Source: an uncultured Verrucomicrobiae bacterium | GTDB taxonomy: Bacteria; Verrucomicrobiota; Verrucomicrobiia; Limisphaerales; JAFGQR01 | Length of the DNA: 64,000 nt | NCBI GenBank assembly: GCA_963788655.1 | Contig: CAWBHS010000039.1 | Location: 64,001-128,000 of the forward strand | Reading direction: 5' to 3' | In this document: positions 20,199 to 31,100 of the stretch, piece after piece | Position numbering within the stretch: position 1 is the stretch's first letter | How the letters are laid out: each line of letters begins with the position of its first letter | Notes under the pieces: generated by a model | What the model was told of the DNA's origin: nothing | Seen by the model: the letters and a program-made list of their open reading frames with translations, nothing else | Database searches by the model: none | Translations under genes and position numbers: made by a program

Positions 20199-20429
20199 TC
20201 ATGGGGTTGGGGGAACGTTTATGCCAACAACGGTGAACCCGCCGCTGATGTGAAGATTGCCCGAAGCATCCATCACCGTCGCGGAAACTGAGTCGTTCAC
20301 ACCGGGATGCCCACCCATGCTGGTCCAGTCGTGGTCGCTGAAGGTCGCAGCGTGGAGGTTGGTGTTGGAAGCGCCGATCAGAAGGGCGGCGATGACAATC
20401 GTCGCGATTTTGGAGAAACACGTTTTCAT
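20199..20429 (-). pseudogene. Truncated chimeric copy of secreted-protein N-terminus
   Basis: MKTCFSKIATIV + AALLIGAS...AATFSD.DW.SM...GGFTVVG, ends after ~76 aa. Confidence 0.65.
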
Positions 20430-20466
20430 GGATGAGGCTCCGTCAAGTTGCATCAAGTGGGGAAGA

Positions 20467-23400
20467 CTACGGTTTGCGCAGGCGGTAGAACCGGTTGCCG
20501 GTCGGCGCGGGGATCGAAATGAAAATGCTGCTGGCGTTGGTCTGGTAACTCGCGGTGCTCACTTCGGACCAGTCGCCAAGCGTAACGGATTGGTCGAGGA
20601 CGAAATCGTCCGCCGCTCTGGTCCAGGAGACGACCACGCTTCCGCCCGAATTCGTTACCAAGAGGCGCGGAGTCACGGGCTCGACACTGAACAGATAGAC
20701 CGCGCCGGCATTCGTCCCGTCCGTGTCGTTCAGTGGCGCGCCAACAATTATCCGGTCACTCCCCAGCGCGGCCATTGACGAACCGAACGAATAATCACGC
20801 GGGGTTGGATTCGCGATGGTGGCCAGCAATGTGCCGGCAGTGTTGATAAGATAGGCCACTCCTGAATAGGGCGCGGTGGTGCTATCCCTCGCCGCAATCA
20901 GTATTCGATCGCTCCCCACCGCCGCTAACGCGCGGCCAAAGCGTTCGTAGTACCCGGGGTGGGATCCGCGAAAGTCGTCAGGAACGTGCCGTTGGTATCG
21001 AACAGATACGCCGCCCCGGAATTACCAGTGGAAGCTGAATACCACGGCGCACCGACAAGAACTCGATCGTTCCCCGCCACTACCACTGAGTGGCCGAATG
21101 CTTCGTCATATCCACCGCTGGGATTGGTGAAGGTCTTCAGCAACGTGCCGTCGGTATCGTAGAGGTAGGCCGCGCCGAGTAGGTCACCCGTCCATGGGGC
21201 GCCAATAAGCACTCGGCCGCTACCAAGCGCCGCCACCGACATTCCCATGCCGGTTTCGCCCACGCCGTTGGTGAAAGTCTTCAACAACGTGCCGTCGGTG
21301 CCGAACAGAAATGCTGCCCCGTAATTTCCTCCAAACCACGGCGCGCCAATCACCACGCGGTCGTTCCCGACCCCTGCTACTGCCTGGCCGAAATGGTCAT
21401 CGAAGCCCGGTGCGGGATTGGTGAAGGCGGTGAGCAACGTGCCATTGGTCCTGAATAGGTACGCCGCGCCTGACCAAGGGTCCCAATCGCCGCCTAGGCT
21501 GTAATTTGGCGCGCCGATAATCACTCGATCATTCCCCACCGCCGCGACGGCCCGGCCGAAGTCGGCAGAGACTTGGGAACTGGGATTGGTGAAGGTGGTC
21601 AGCAAAGTGCCGGCAGTGCTGAACAAATACGCCGCCCCGCCGACCTGGTTGTCGCCGTAGCTCTGATAACCCGGCGCGCCGATGAGCAAGCGGTCACTTC
21701 CCAACGCCGCCACGGACGAGCCAAAGTATTGGGGGTATTCCGGGGTTGGATTGGTAAAGGTGGTCACCAAGGCGGTTTGGACGAAACCGGTGAACGGGGC
21801 GATCGCGGTGAGGGTGATGTCAAACGGATTCTGGTCCGCATCGCTGCTGGCGATATGGAGCGCCGCCTCGCGAACGCCAGGCGCGGCGGGAACGAAGTTG
21901 GCGGTGAACGTCGCGCTGCCACCCGGCGGCAACACCATGGCGGGACTGGCGGTGACACCAAACTCGGCAGCATTCGCCCCGTCAATGGTGAAGCTCAGGA
22001 CCGCGAAATCCTCAAGACTGGAGTTTCTGACCGTGAAAGTGCGTTGGGACCTGCTCCCGAACACTACCCTGCCAAAGTCCACACTGCTCACGCCGTCCAC
22101 AAGACCGACGCCGGCGGGTTGTTCGACCGCGACCTCAGGCGCCGGACACCGGACGCTGTCGAGATTGTCAATGGTCGCCCTGGCGACGTAGGCCGAAACC
22201 TTGCCTCCCGCCGTCGTGAACCGGCCCCCCGCATACAGGTTGCCGCCCGACACTGCCAGCACATCGACAGCCTCGTTGATCCCCGAACCGAGGGGCGACC
22301 AACAAGTCCCGTTCCATTTGGCAATGTGGTTGGCGGGGTAGCCCCCCGCCGTCGTGAAGAAGCCCCCCGCATACAGGTCGCTCCCCGATGCCGCCAACGC
22401 CAACACCACGGAGTTCATTCCCGAACCGAGTGCGCTCCAACTGCTGCCGTTCCATTTGGCGATGTACCTGCCGAGCTACCGCCCGCCATGGTGAAGGAGC
22501 CCCCCGCATACAAGTTGCTGCCCGACACCGCCAACGCCCACACGTCGTTATTCATTCCCGAACCGAGCGCGCTCCAACTGCTGCCGTTCCATTTGGCGAT
22601 TTTATTGGCCGCGATGCCGCCCGCCGTCGTGAATGTGCCCCCCGCATACAGGTCATTGCCCGAGACCGCGAGCGCATACACAGAAGCGAAACTGGGTCCC
22701 ATTCCCGAACCGAGGGCGCTCCAACTGCTCCCGTTCCATCGGGCAATGTGGTTGGCCGGAATGCCGCCCGCCATACTAAAGTAGCCCGCCGCGTACAGGT
22801 TGTTGCCCGCAACCGCCACCGTATAGACATAGGTGTTTATTCCCGAACCGAGTGCATTCCAACTGCTCCCGTCCCACTGGGCGATTCGACTGGCCGCGCG
22901 CCCTCCGGCCGTCGTGAACATCCCACCTGCGTAGAGGTTGCTGCCGAGCACAGCCAGCTCCCGCACCGAGTTGTTCATTCCCGAACCGAGCACGTTCCAA
23001 CTGCTCCCGTTCGATTTGGCGACGCTGTTGGCCACGCTACCGCCCGATGTTGTGAAGTCTCCTCCGGCATACACGTCGCTGCCCGATACTGCCAGCGCTG
23101 ACACATTGCCGTTGATCCCCGACGGGGAAGAACCCAGCGCGCTCCAACTGCTCTCATCCCATTTGGCGATGGAATTGGCCGCGGTCCCGCCCGCCATGGT
23201 GAAGTCGCCCCCCGCATACAGGTCGCTGCCCGACACTGCCAGCGCAAAGACGTCGTAATCGTTCATCCCCGTACCGAGGGGGCTCCAACTGCTCCCGTTC
23301 CATTTAGCAATGTGATTGGCCGTGCTGCCACCCGCCGTCCTGAAGTCGCCCGCTGCATACAGGTCGCTGCCCGACACCGTCAGCGCGGACACAGAAGGAT

Positions 23401-24303
23401 CGTAACTGCCGCCAACCCCCGAACCCAACGCCGACCAACTGCTCCCGTCCCACTTAGCGATGGAATTAGCCACGCTCCCGCCTGCCGTCGTGAAGTAGCC
23501 CCCTGCATACAGGTCGTGGCCGGACACGGCAAGCGCGGTCACCGACCCTCCGTAGTAGTCTTCGCCGTCCGGAGCGCCAATCCCTGAGCCTACCGCGCTC
23601 CAACCGGACCCATCCCACCGGGCGATGTTGGTGGCCGGATTCCCGTCCGCCATCGTGAACGAGCCCCCCGCATACAGATCGCTGCCCGATACGGCCAGCG
23701 CGTACACATAGCCATCTGTTATTCCCAAGCCCAGCGCACTCCAACTGGTCCCGTTCCATTTGGCGATGTTGGTGGCCGGGCTCCCGCCCGCCGTCGTGAA
23801 CCCGCCCGCCGCATACAGGTCGCCGCCCGACACCGCCAGCTCATACAAATAGCCGTCTATCCCCGAACCGAGCGGGCTCCAATTGCTCCCGTCCCATTTC
23901 GCAATGTGATTGGCCGTGATCCCGCCCGCATTCGTGAAATAGCCCGCCGCATACAGATTGCTGCCTGACACCGCCAGCGCCGCCACGATCTGGTTCATCC
24001 CCGAGCCGAGGGCCGACCAATTCTCCCATCCCATTTGGCGATGTGATTGGCAACGACACCGCCCACAACTGTAAATTGCCCCCCGATGTAGAGATGGCCT
24101 GAACCATCCACCACCGCCGCATGCACAGGGCCGTCCGCACCGGGAATGCTGGGATTCATGCTGATCCAATTGTCGTCGCTGAAGGTCGCAGCGGAGAGGG
24201 TGGCGGTGGACGCGCCGATCAGCAGCGCGGCGAGCCCGGCCGCGCGCGCCGCCGCGGCTGACCGCAACAGGCTCGGGATGGAATTGAGGGAGTTTGCTTT
24301 CAT
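20467..24303 (-). CDS. Large secreted beta-propeller repeat protein with Ig-like (ASH/choice-of-anchor D-like) domain and FG-GAP repeats (frameshifts near 24025, 22470, 20925)
   Basis: Signal peptide MKANSL...; about 13 repeats ALAVSG.DLYAGG.FT.AGG..A..IAKW.GS.WS.LGSG; FG...IGAP repeats; ends RFYRLRKP. Confidence 0.8.
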
Positions 24304-24331
24304 AGTTCTAGCGAGGCGAAGGTTCAGACCG

Positions 24332-24432
24332 GAAACCACGAATGAACACGAATGAACACGAATGAACACGAATGAACACGAATTCGGACCAGGCCTTCCG
24401 CTCATTGATTCGTGTCGATTCGTGTGCATTCG
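24332..24432. repeat. 10-nt tandem repeat (CACGAATGAA) x ~4.5 plus inverted copies
   Basis: AATGAACACG x4 at 24341-24380; GATTCGTGTC GATTCGTGTG CATTCG at 24407-24432. Confidence 0.9.
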
Positions 24433-26410
24433 GAAAGCGCCAAGCAAGCTTGGTGGTTCTTGTTAACTGCAACGTGTTAACCATGATAAATGGTCGAGAG
24501 TCATGTAGCCGACCCTTAAGCGGGTGGGAGCGATCCTGCCCGTTGAAGCTGGGGAAGGCCAATGCGCGAGCCGTAGCGTTCCGCGAACTCGGTTCGGCCT
24601 CGTTACACAAAACTGGGAGTGGCCAGCCTGCCGGATGTGGTGAAGCCCGCATCGGTCGGGAAGATTCGATCCCATGCACCGACCGGACTCCCCGGGGTGA
24701 GAGGAGACAGCGCGCGCAGAAAGAACCACTGGGAACTTGGGAGGCCCGGTTCGGAGTCCTGGCCTGTAACGCAGGACAACCCCTGGCGGGAAGCCATAAC
24801 CGCTGGTGGGGCCGAATCGCGGCGTCGGATGGGCTCATAGTAGCGTCGATCTGCCGATCAAGTTGGCAGGGAGCCAAGGAGCCCTGGCCAGAGTCAAGCC
24901 GAGTCAGAGGAATCCGGAGCTGATTGGGATGGAGTTCATTCCTACAACAGAAGAAGCGGTGGAGGAACTTTCCTTCCGGGAAGCGATCCTGCCGCCGAGC
25001 CTGCGGGAACTGAGACAGAAGCTGGGCCAGAAAGCCAAACAACAGAAGCGGTTTCGCTTCTACAGTCTCTACGCTTTGGTGTATCGAACCGACGTGCTGC
25101 AAGCGGCTTGGGCCGCGGTGCGGCGCAACGACGGTGCGCCGGGCGTGGACGGAGTGAGCATCGAACAGATCACCACGACGCCGGAAAGCGAAGCGGCATT
25201 TCTGTCCGAGATCGAACGGAGCCTGAGGGACAAAACCTATCGTGCCCAAGCGGTGCGGCGGGTGTATATCTCGAAGGCCAACGGCAAGTTGCGGCCGTTG
25301 GGCATTCCGACGGTGCGGGACCGGGTGGTGCAAGCGGCGGTGTTGCTGATCCTGGAGCCGATCTTCGAAGCCGACTTTGAAGACTGCTCCCACGGGTTTC
25401 GGCCCGGACGATCGGCGCACGATGCCTTGCGCGCCATCCAACAGCACCTGAAGGAGGGTCAAACGGCGGTGTATGATGCGGATCTGGCTGGCTACTTCGA
25501 CAGCATTCCCCACGATAAGCTGATCGCTTGCGTGCGGATGCGCGTGGTGGACGGTTCGGTCCTGGGACTGATCCGACAATGGCTCAAGGCGCCGGTGGTG
25601 GAACCGCCCCCAGGGGGACAACCACCCACGGTGCGACGCAACGACCGGGGCACCCCCCAAGGTGGAGTGCTTTCGCCGTTGCTGGCCAATGTCTATTTGC
25701 ACTGGTTCGACCACCTCTTCCAACGAGGAGATGGACCGGCGCAATGGGCCAAAGCGAAGCTGATCCGTTACGCGGACGACTTCGTGGTCATGGCTCGCTA
25801 CATCAGTCCGAAGTTGCGGGAATGGATCGAGGGCAAACTGGAAGGCTGGCTGGACCTGCAAATCAACCGGGATAAAACTCGGATCGTGGATTTGAAGCAA
25901 TCGGGCCAGAGCCTGGATTTCCTGGGCTACACCTTTCGGTATGACCGCGATCAATACGGTCGGCCGCAGCGTTACTGGAACCTGGAACCGTCGCGCAAAA
26001 CGATGGAGCGGGAACGGAAAGCGTTGCGAGGGTTGATCAACCCGCATCAGAGTCATACGCCCATGCCGGAGTTGATTGGACGGGTGAACCGTCACCTGCG
26101 GGGTTGGTCCAACTACTTCAAGTTGGGCTATCCGCGGAAGGCATTTCGTCAGCTCAATCACTTCGTGCGGTATCGGTTGGGACGGCATCTGCAACGTCGC
26201 AGCCAACGGGGTTGGCGAGCCCGTGAGGGCGTCAGCCTGTATGCTCACTTGGACCATCTGGGACTGGTTGCGTTGTGAATGCTTTGTGGAAGAGCCGACA
26301 CTGGCGAGAGCCGGATGGGGGAAATCTCCATGTCCGGTTCGACGAGGGAGAGGGAAGCGGCGGTCATTGGTTTTCGGGCCTTTCATTCCGTGCTTTCCTC
26401 TCTACTCTAC
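24433..26410 (+). mobile_element. Group II intron, no endonuclease domain, probably bacterial class E/F-like
   Basis: RT/maturase ORF; domain V GAGCCGGATG...GAAA...GTCCGGTTC (~26308-26340) with AGC triad; domain VI with bulged A at 26404; ends CTCTAC. 5' boundary inferred from restored flanking repeat. Confidence 0.88.
24929..26278 (+). CDS. ltrA: Group II intron reverse transcriptase/maturase
   Basis: [60 protein letters not shown]. Confidence 0.95.
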   Translation: MEFIPTTEEAVEELSFREAILPPSLRELRQKLGQKAKQQKRFRFYSLYALVYRTDVLQAAWAAVRRNDGAPGVDGVSIEQITTTPESEAAFLSEIERSLRDKTYRAQAVRRVYISKANGKLRPLGIPTVRDRVVQAAVLLILEPIFEADFEDCSHGFRPGRSAHDALRAIQQHLKEGQTAVYDADLAGYFDSIPHDKLIACVRMRVVDGSVLGLIRQWLKAPVVEPPPGGQPPTVRRNDRGTPQGGVLSPLLANVYLHWFDHLFQRGDGPAQWAKAKLIRYADDFVVMARYISPKLREWIEGKLEGWLDLQINRDKTRIVDLKQSGQSLDFLGYTFRYDRDQYGRPQRYWNLEPSRKTMERERKALRGLINPHQSHTPMPELIGRVNRHLRGWSNYFKLGYPRKAFRQLNHFVRYRLGRHLQRRSQRGWRAREGVSLYAHLDHLGLVAL

Positions 26411-26472
26411 TGGTTCAAAAACTTGATCTGGCTACTACGTGATTTGCACTGCGGGCGTTGGTGAATTTCCGT

Positions 26473-28095
26473 TCAAGGCACTGGCACGCCCACACGGTAT
26501 AAGCGGGGTATCGGGCCGACGGCGTTAGTGTCGTTAAAGGTGGTCGTGCCGGGTTGGCCGGGAAGGTTGGTCGCCAGGGGAAAGAACAGCGGCGTGGCGG
26601 ATAGGTTGGTGTTGCACTCCACCACATAACTCCGGTTGGTCACGCTCGTCCAGGTGAGGGTGACGTGGGTGGGCGTGATCACCGGCGAAGCAAGCCACAG
26701 CTCGGACAGGGCGTTGGTGGGATCAGTCCCAGCCATCCACTCCTGCCAATTGTTGTGACCGTCCTGGTCCGTGTCCGCGGCATCCGCCGAGCCGTCGGTG
26801 GGCAGGCCGGATTGCTGGAGCCAGGCGTAGGAAATCGTGCTGGCGGGCGACTGGAATTCGTAGGCGCCGATGTCCACCGTGCCGCCGGCGATGCGCGGAA
26901 GGCCGTCCAGGTCCGTGGCGGCGGTGACGTAGGCATTGTTGCCGGCGTTGATGCAGGGAGAGTTGGATTGAAGCCGCAGATTGCTCCAACCGTTCGTGTC
27001 CACGAACAGCGGCGCATTGGTGATGTTCCCGACTCCGCTCGTAGGGGCGGGTGTGGTGGAGCAGTAATTAAGATCGCAGTCGTAGTCGTAGTTGGCACCG
27101 CTCCAGTTGTCGTTGTTGTGATAGAGGATGGAGTTGTTGATTCTGCTATAGTACGCTCCGCCGATACTGTCGGCTGAATTGCCGATTACCGTACAGTTAT
27201 TGAGCAGAGAATTGTCTGCGCCGCCTCCGAACCCGGTAGCCGAATTCCCAATGATCAAGCAGTTATTTAACGCACAGACGGTAGCTCCACCGCCGTGCCA
27301 AATGGCTGTATTGCCCTTCAACGTGCAGTTGTTAAGAGTGCCGCCGGCAGCGCCGCCGCCGCCGCTGGATGTTCCCAGAGCCGAGTTGCCCACGAGCGTG
27401 CAGTGGTTCAGCGTGCCATCGCGGGTCGCGCCGCCCTGCCAACCAGCTGAATTGCCGGTGAAGGTGCAGTTGTTCAGTGTAGCATCGCGGGCTCCCCCGC
27501 CATACCAACCTGCTGAATTCCCCATGAAGGTGCAGTTGTTGAGCGAGCCACTGAAAATCCCGCCAGCGTCGGAAGCGGCTGAGTTGCCTTTGAACACGCA
27601 GTTGGACACCACAACATCCAGCCCCTCGCACCATGCCCCGCCCCCGGAATGATTAGGGTTCCACCAGTCGTTGGACGAACCCTTGGTAGCTCCATTCGTC
27701 AGCGTGAAGCCCGCCAGCACCGCGCCGTTGGTCAGATACGCGCATCGGATCGCGTTGTCACCGATGGGTCCGGAGCCCACGATGCTTGTGTACGCCGGTC
27801 CGTCGACGCTCCGCACTGTCACCGGCTTGGTCACGGCCACGCGGTTGCTCATGCCATACACCGCGCGCGCTCCGGTCTGATAGACACCGTTCGTCACCAC
27901 GATTTCGTCGCCATCCACGGCGGCATCCACGGCGTCCTGAATGGTCACAGCGGCGGTGGCCCAGGAACTGTAGGGGGCGAGGGCGTTGGTGTTGGCGGCG
28001 TCCACATAGAGGGTGGCGGCACGTGTGCCGACAAAAGCGGATAACAAGGGCAACAGGCAAATGATCGTCGCGATTTTGGAGAAACGGGCTTTCAT
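26473..28095 (-). CDS. Secreted parallel beta-helix protein with choice-of-anchor Q-like segment
   Basis: Signal MKARFSK...RA; 22-aa repeats GGG...L.NCT..GNSA; LQSNSPCINAG...VDIGAYE; D.DG.NNWQEW.AGTDP; ends RLYRVGVP. Confidence 0.85.
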   Translation of the reverse strand: MKARFSKIATIICLLPLLSAFVGTRAATLYVDAANTNALAPYSSWATAAVTIQDAVDAAVDGDEIVVTNGVYQTGARAVYGMSNRVAVTKPVTVRSVDGPAYTSIVGSGPIGDNAIRCAYLTNGAVLAGFTLTNGATKGSSNDWWNPNHSGGGAWCEGLDVVVSNCVFKGNSAASDAGGIFSGSLNNCTFMGNSAGWYGGGARDATLNNCTFTGNSAGWQGGATRDGTLNHCTLVGNSALGTSSGGGGAAGGTLNNCTLKGNTAIWHGGGATVCALNNCLIIGNSATGFGGGADNSLLNNCTVIGNSADSIGGAYYSRINNSILYHNNDNWSGANYDYDCDLNYCSTTPAPTSGVGNITNAPLFVDTNGWSNLRLQSNSPCINAGNNAYVTAATDLDGLPRIAGGTVDIGAYEFQSPASTISYAWLQQSGLPTDGSADAADTDQDGHNNWQEWMAGTDPTNALSELWLASPVITPTHVTLTWTSVTNRSYVVECNTNLSATPLFFPLATNLPGQPGTTTFNDTNAVGPIPRLYRVGVPVP

Positions 28096-28147
28096 AGAGT
28101 CTTGGGCTTTCTCTTCAGGGTTTGGACAAGCGATAAAAGTCATCTTC

Positions 28148-31100
28148 TCAATGCTTTTGCAGCACGCGAAAGAATCGCGCGGGAAGGGTCCTGCCGGCAG
28201 GATCGGTGATTTGCAGCAGGCCATTCGTGAGCGCAATGGAATTGGTTAGCCGGGTCCAATGCTCCAGGGCGAGAGCAAGGTTGGTTGAAGCATAAATCTC
28301 GCACAAAGCCAGATTGGCCTCCGTTACGGGCATGCCATCGGCGCGGCCCAGGCGCATCTGACAAGTTCCATCCGCCGCTACTTGTGAGCTGTACAACTTC
28401 AAGGCGTCGCCAGGGACTTCATAGGCTCCCATGTCCGCGGTTCCGCCCATCACGCGCGGGTTGCCATCGAGATCAGTTAGGCCGGGCGCATAAAGATTCA
28501 AGCCCGCGTTGATGCAAGGGGAGCTGGATTGCAGGCGGAAGTTGCCACCGAGGCGATTTAGGAACAGCGGCTCGGCGGTGATGTTGCCGAGGCCATGGGT
28601 CGGTGCTGGCCAGGCGCAACAATGGTTCAAAGTGAGACCCGTATAGTTAGGTTGTTCCTGTGCCGTGTTGTAATAAATAATGCAGTTGTAAAGTGTGCCG
28701 CCAAGAATCCCGCCGCCCCAATTGGCCGAGTTAGCCGTCAAGGTGCAGTTGCTGAGGACGCCAAAATACGACCCCCCGCCCGCATCCGCTGAATTGCCGG
28801 TCAAAAGGCAGTTTCTGAGCGATGCAGAACAGGAGCCGCCACCGTTCGTAGCCGAGTTGCCGATTAGGGTGCAGTTCCAGAGCGTGCCATAATAGGAGCC
28901 GCCGCCGTTCGTAGCGGAGTTGGCGCTCAACGTGCAGTTGCTGAGCACGCCGGAATAGGAGCCGCCGCCCAAATCCGCCGAATTGCCGGTCAAGCTGCAT
29001 TTGTAAAGCTCGCAATGGTACGTGCCCCCACCAGAATCTGCCGCGTTGCCATTGATGATGCAGTAATTGAGCGTGTTAGAACACGCGCCGCCGCCGAAGG
29101 TCGCCCCATTGTTGGTCAAAATGCACTTAGTGAGCAGGCCCGAATACGCGCCACCGCCGAGGACAGCCCCGTTGTTGGTCAAGGTGCAATTGTAGAGTTT
29201 GCCGGAATGGGAGCCGCCGCCATTCGTCGCCGAGTTGCCCGTAAAGAGGCAGTTGCTGAGTGTGCCGGAAAAGGAGCCGCCGCCGAAAGTGGCCCGATTG
29301 CTGATGAAGGTGCAGTTGTTGAGTTCGCCATGCCACGAACCACCGCCCTGTTCAGCCGAGTTCCCGATAAACGTGCAGTTATTCAGCGTGCCATAAATGG
29401 AGCCGCCGCCGCCGTAAGCAGCCGAGTTGTTGATAAAGGTGCAGTTCGTTACCATGGCCGTCGAAGAGCACCAGACGCCTCCACCGTAGTATGTAGTCGC
29501 TCCGTTGGTCAAAGTGAACCCGCTCAGAACCGCTCTGTCGGCCAAATAAACACACCGCATGGCCCCATCCCCGTTAGTCGTCCCCGGCGTCTGGTAGCCT
29601 TGGATTACGGTTACTTCCGGCCCATTGACGCTCCGCAGCACCATTTGCCTTTTCACTGATACCCTTTGGTATCTCCCGCCAAGGGCATAGACGCCGTTAG
29701 TGACCAGGACGGTGTCGCCGTCCTGCGCGGCATCAACGGCGTCCTGGATCACATGCGCCGCCGTATCCCAGGTGGCGTAGGGAGGAGCAGGGGCAGGGCT
29801 GTCCTGCCGGACGTACAAGAGGACTGCGTCTAACCGCATGCCCACGCCAAAGGGGTTGCTCTCCCCTGCAATGCCAGCGTCGGTTTCAGCCCGCAAGCTA
29901 ACGTTGGGAGCCAATACCGGAATCATCACCTCGCCCGCCCAGCAGCCATTGGTAAAGGATCCCGAGGCGCTGGGGGTAACCGTTGCGTCGGCGCCCAGCA
30001 GGGAAAAGGAAACCGGACCGGTAAAGTTCGTGATGATGTCATTTACCACATCCTGGGCGGTGATGGTTATTGTAAATGGGACGCCAACCTGTTGAGGGGA
30101 GGCAATGGGGCTGAAACCAAAATGATGGAGTGTGCCCGGTGGAATCACCTGGACCAAAACCGTGGTACAGATACCCCCTGGAAAGCTGTCATTGTATCCG
30201 GTCAAACGCACCGGGTAGAACCCCGGTATGTTCCAACTATGGCTCAGGTATGGGGTATTGCTCACCAGCACCCCGCCGCCAAAATCCCAGACACTGTCCG
30301 TGATTGGCCCCTCGATGTGAGCCAGGAACGAGACGGGGAAACCCGGGCCCACTTTGGTAGAGCCCGCTTCGATAGCCATGCTGAGCAGGCCGGTGACACT
30401 GCCGGCCGAAACCTGATCGGCCCCCATGCAGGGAGGATTCAGCCAGGGCTCGCCGTCAATGTCCACGCCGCGGACATAAGCGGCGCTGCCGCGTCCGATG
30501 CAGGGTGAGCCAAGCGAAAGATGGGATGCGGAGGCGAGTTGGGGCGGGTCGCTGATATTTCCGATGCCATTGGTCGGTGTTGGCAGAGTGCAAGAATAGT
30601 TCAAAGTGGTGTAAACATAGTTGGATCCTTGCGGTGCATTGTTGTAATAGACAATGCAATTGTTGAGCGTGCCAGAATACGAGCCGCCGCCGTAGGAAGC
30701 CGAATTGCCGGTCAAGGTGCAGTTGTTCAGCGTGTCATTACACGAACCGCCTCCGTAGGAAGCCGAGTTGCCGGTTAAGATGCAGTTGTTGAGCTTGCCG
30801 GAACACGAGCCGCCGCCGCCAGACGAAGCCGAATTGCCGCTCAAGGTGCAGTTGTTGAGCGTGCTATATAAGGCGCCGCCACCGGACTCAGCCGAGTTGC
30901 CGGTCAAAGTGCAGTTGTTGAGCGTGCCACCATACGAGCCGCCACCGCCATGAAAGGCGGAGTTACCCACCAGCACACAGTTGCTTAGCACGGCACCCGA
31001 TTCGCACCATACTCCCCCGGCGCGCTTCTCCTTGATATAATCCCCGCTGGTCCGGGTGTGACCATTCTTCAGGGTAAACCCGCTCAATATTGTGTTAGAC

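Noticed and set aside
24337..24383. Possible CRISPR array
   Set aside because: Contiguous 10-nt tandem units without spacers, and no cas genes in the window
24929..26278. RT as part of a DGR, retron or defence system acting on the neighbouring repeat proteins
   Set aside because: YADD RT with maturase domain, immediately followed by domain V/VI RNA, is a group II intron; no TR/VR pair with adenine-specific differences was seen
24308..26386. 692-aa minus-strand ORF
   Set aside because: Antisense shadow of the intron with no recognisable motifs; such ORFs are common in GC-rich DNA
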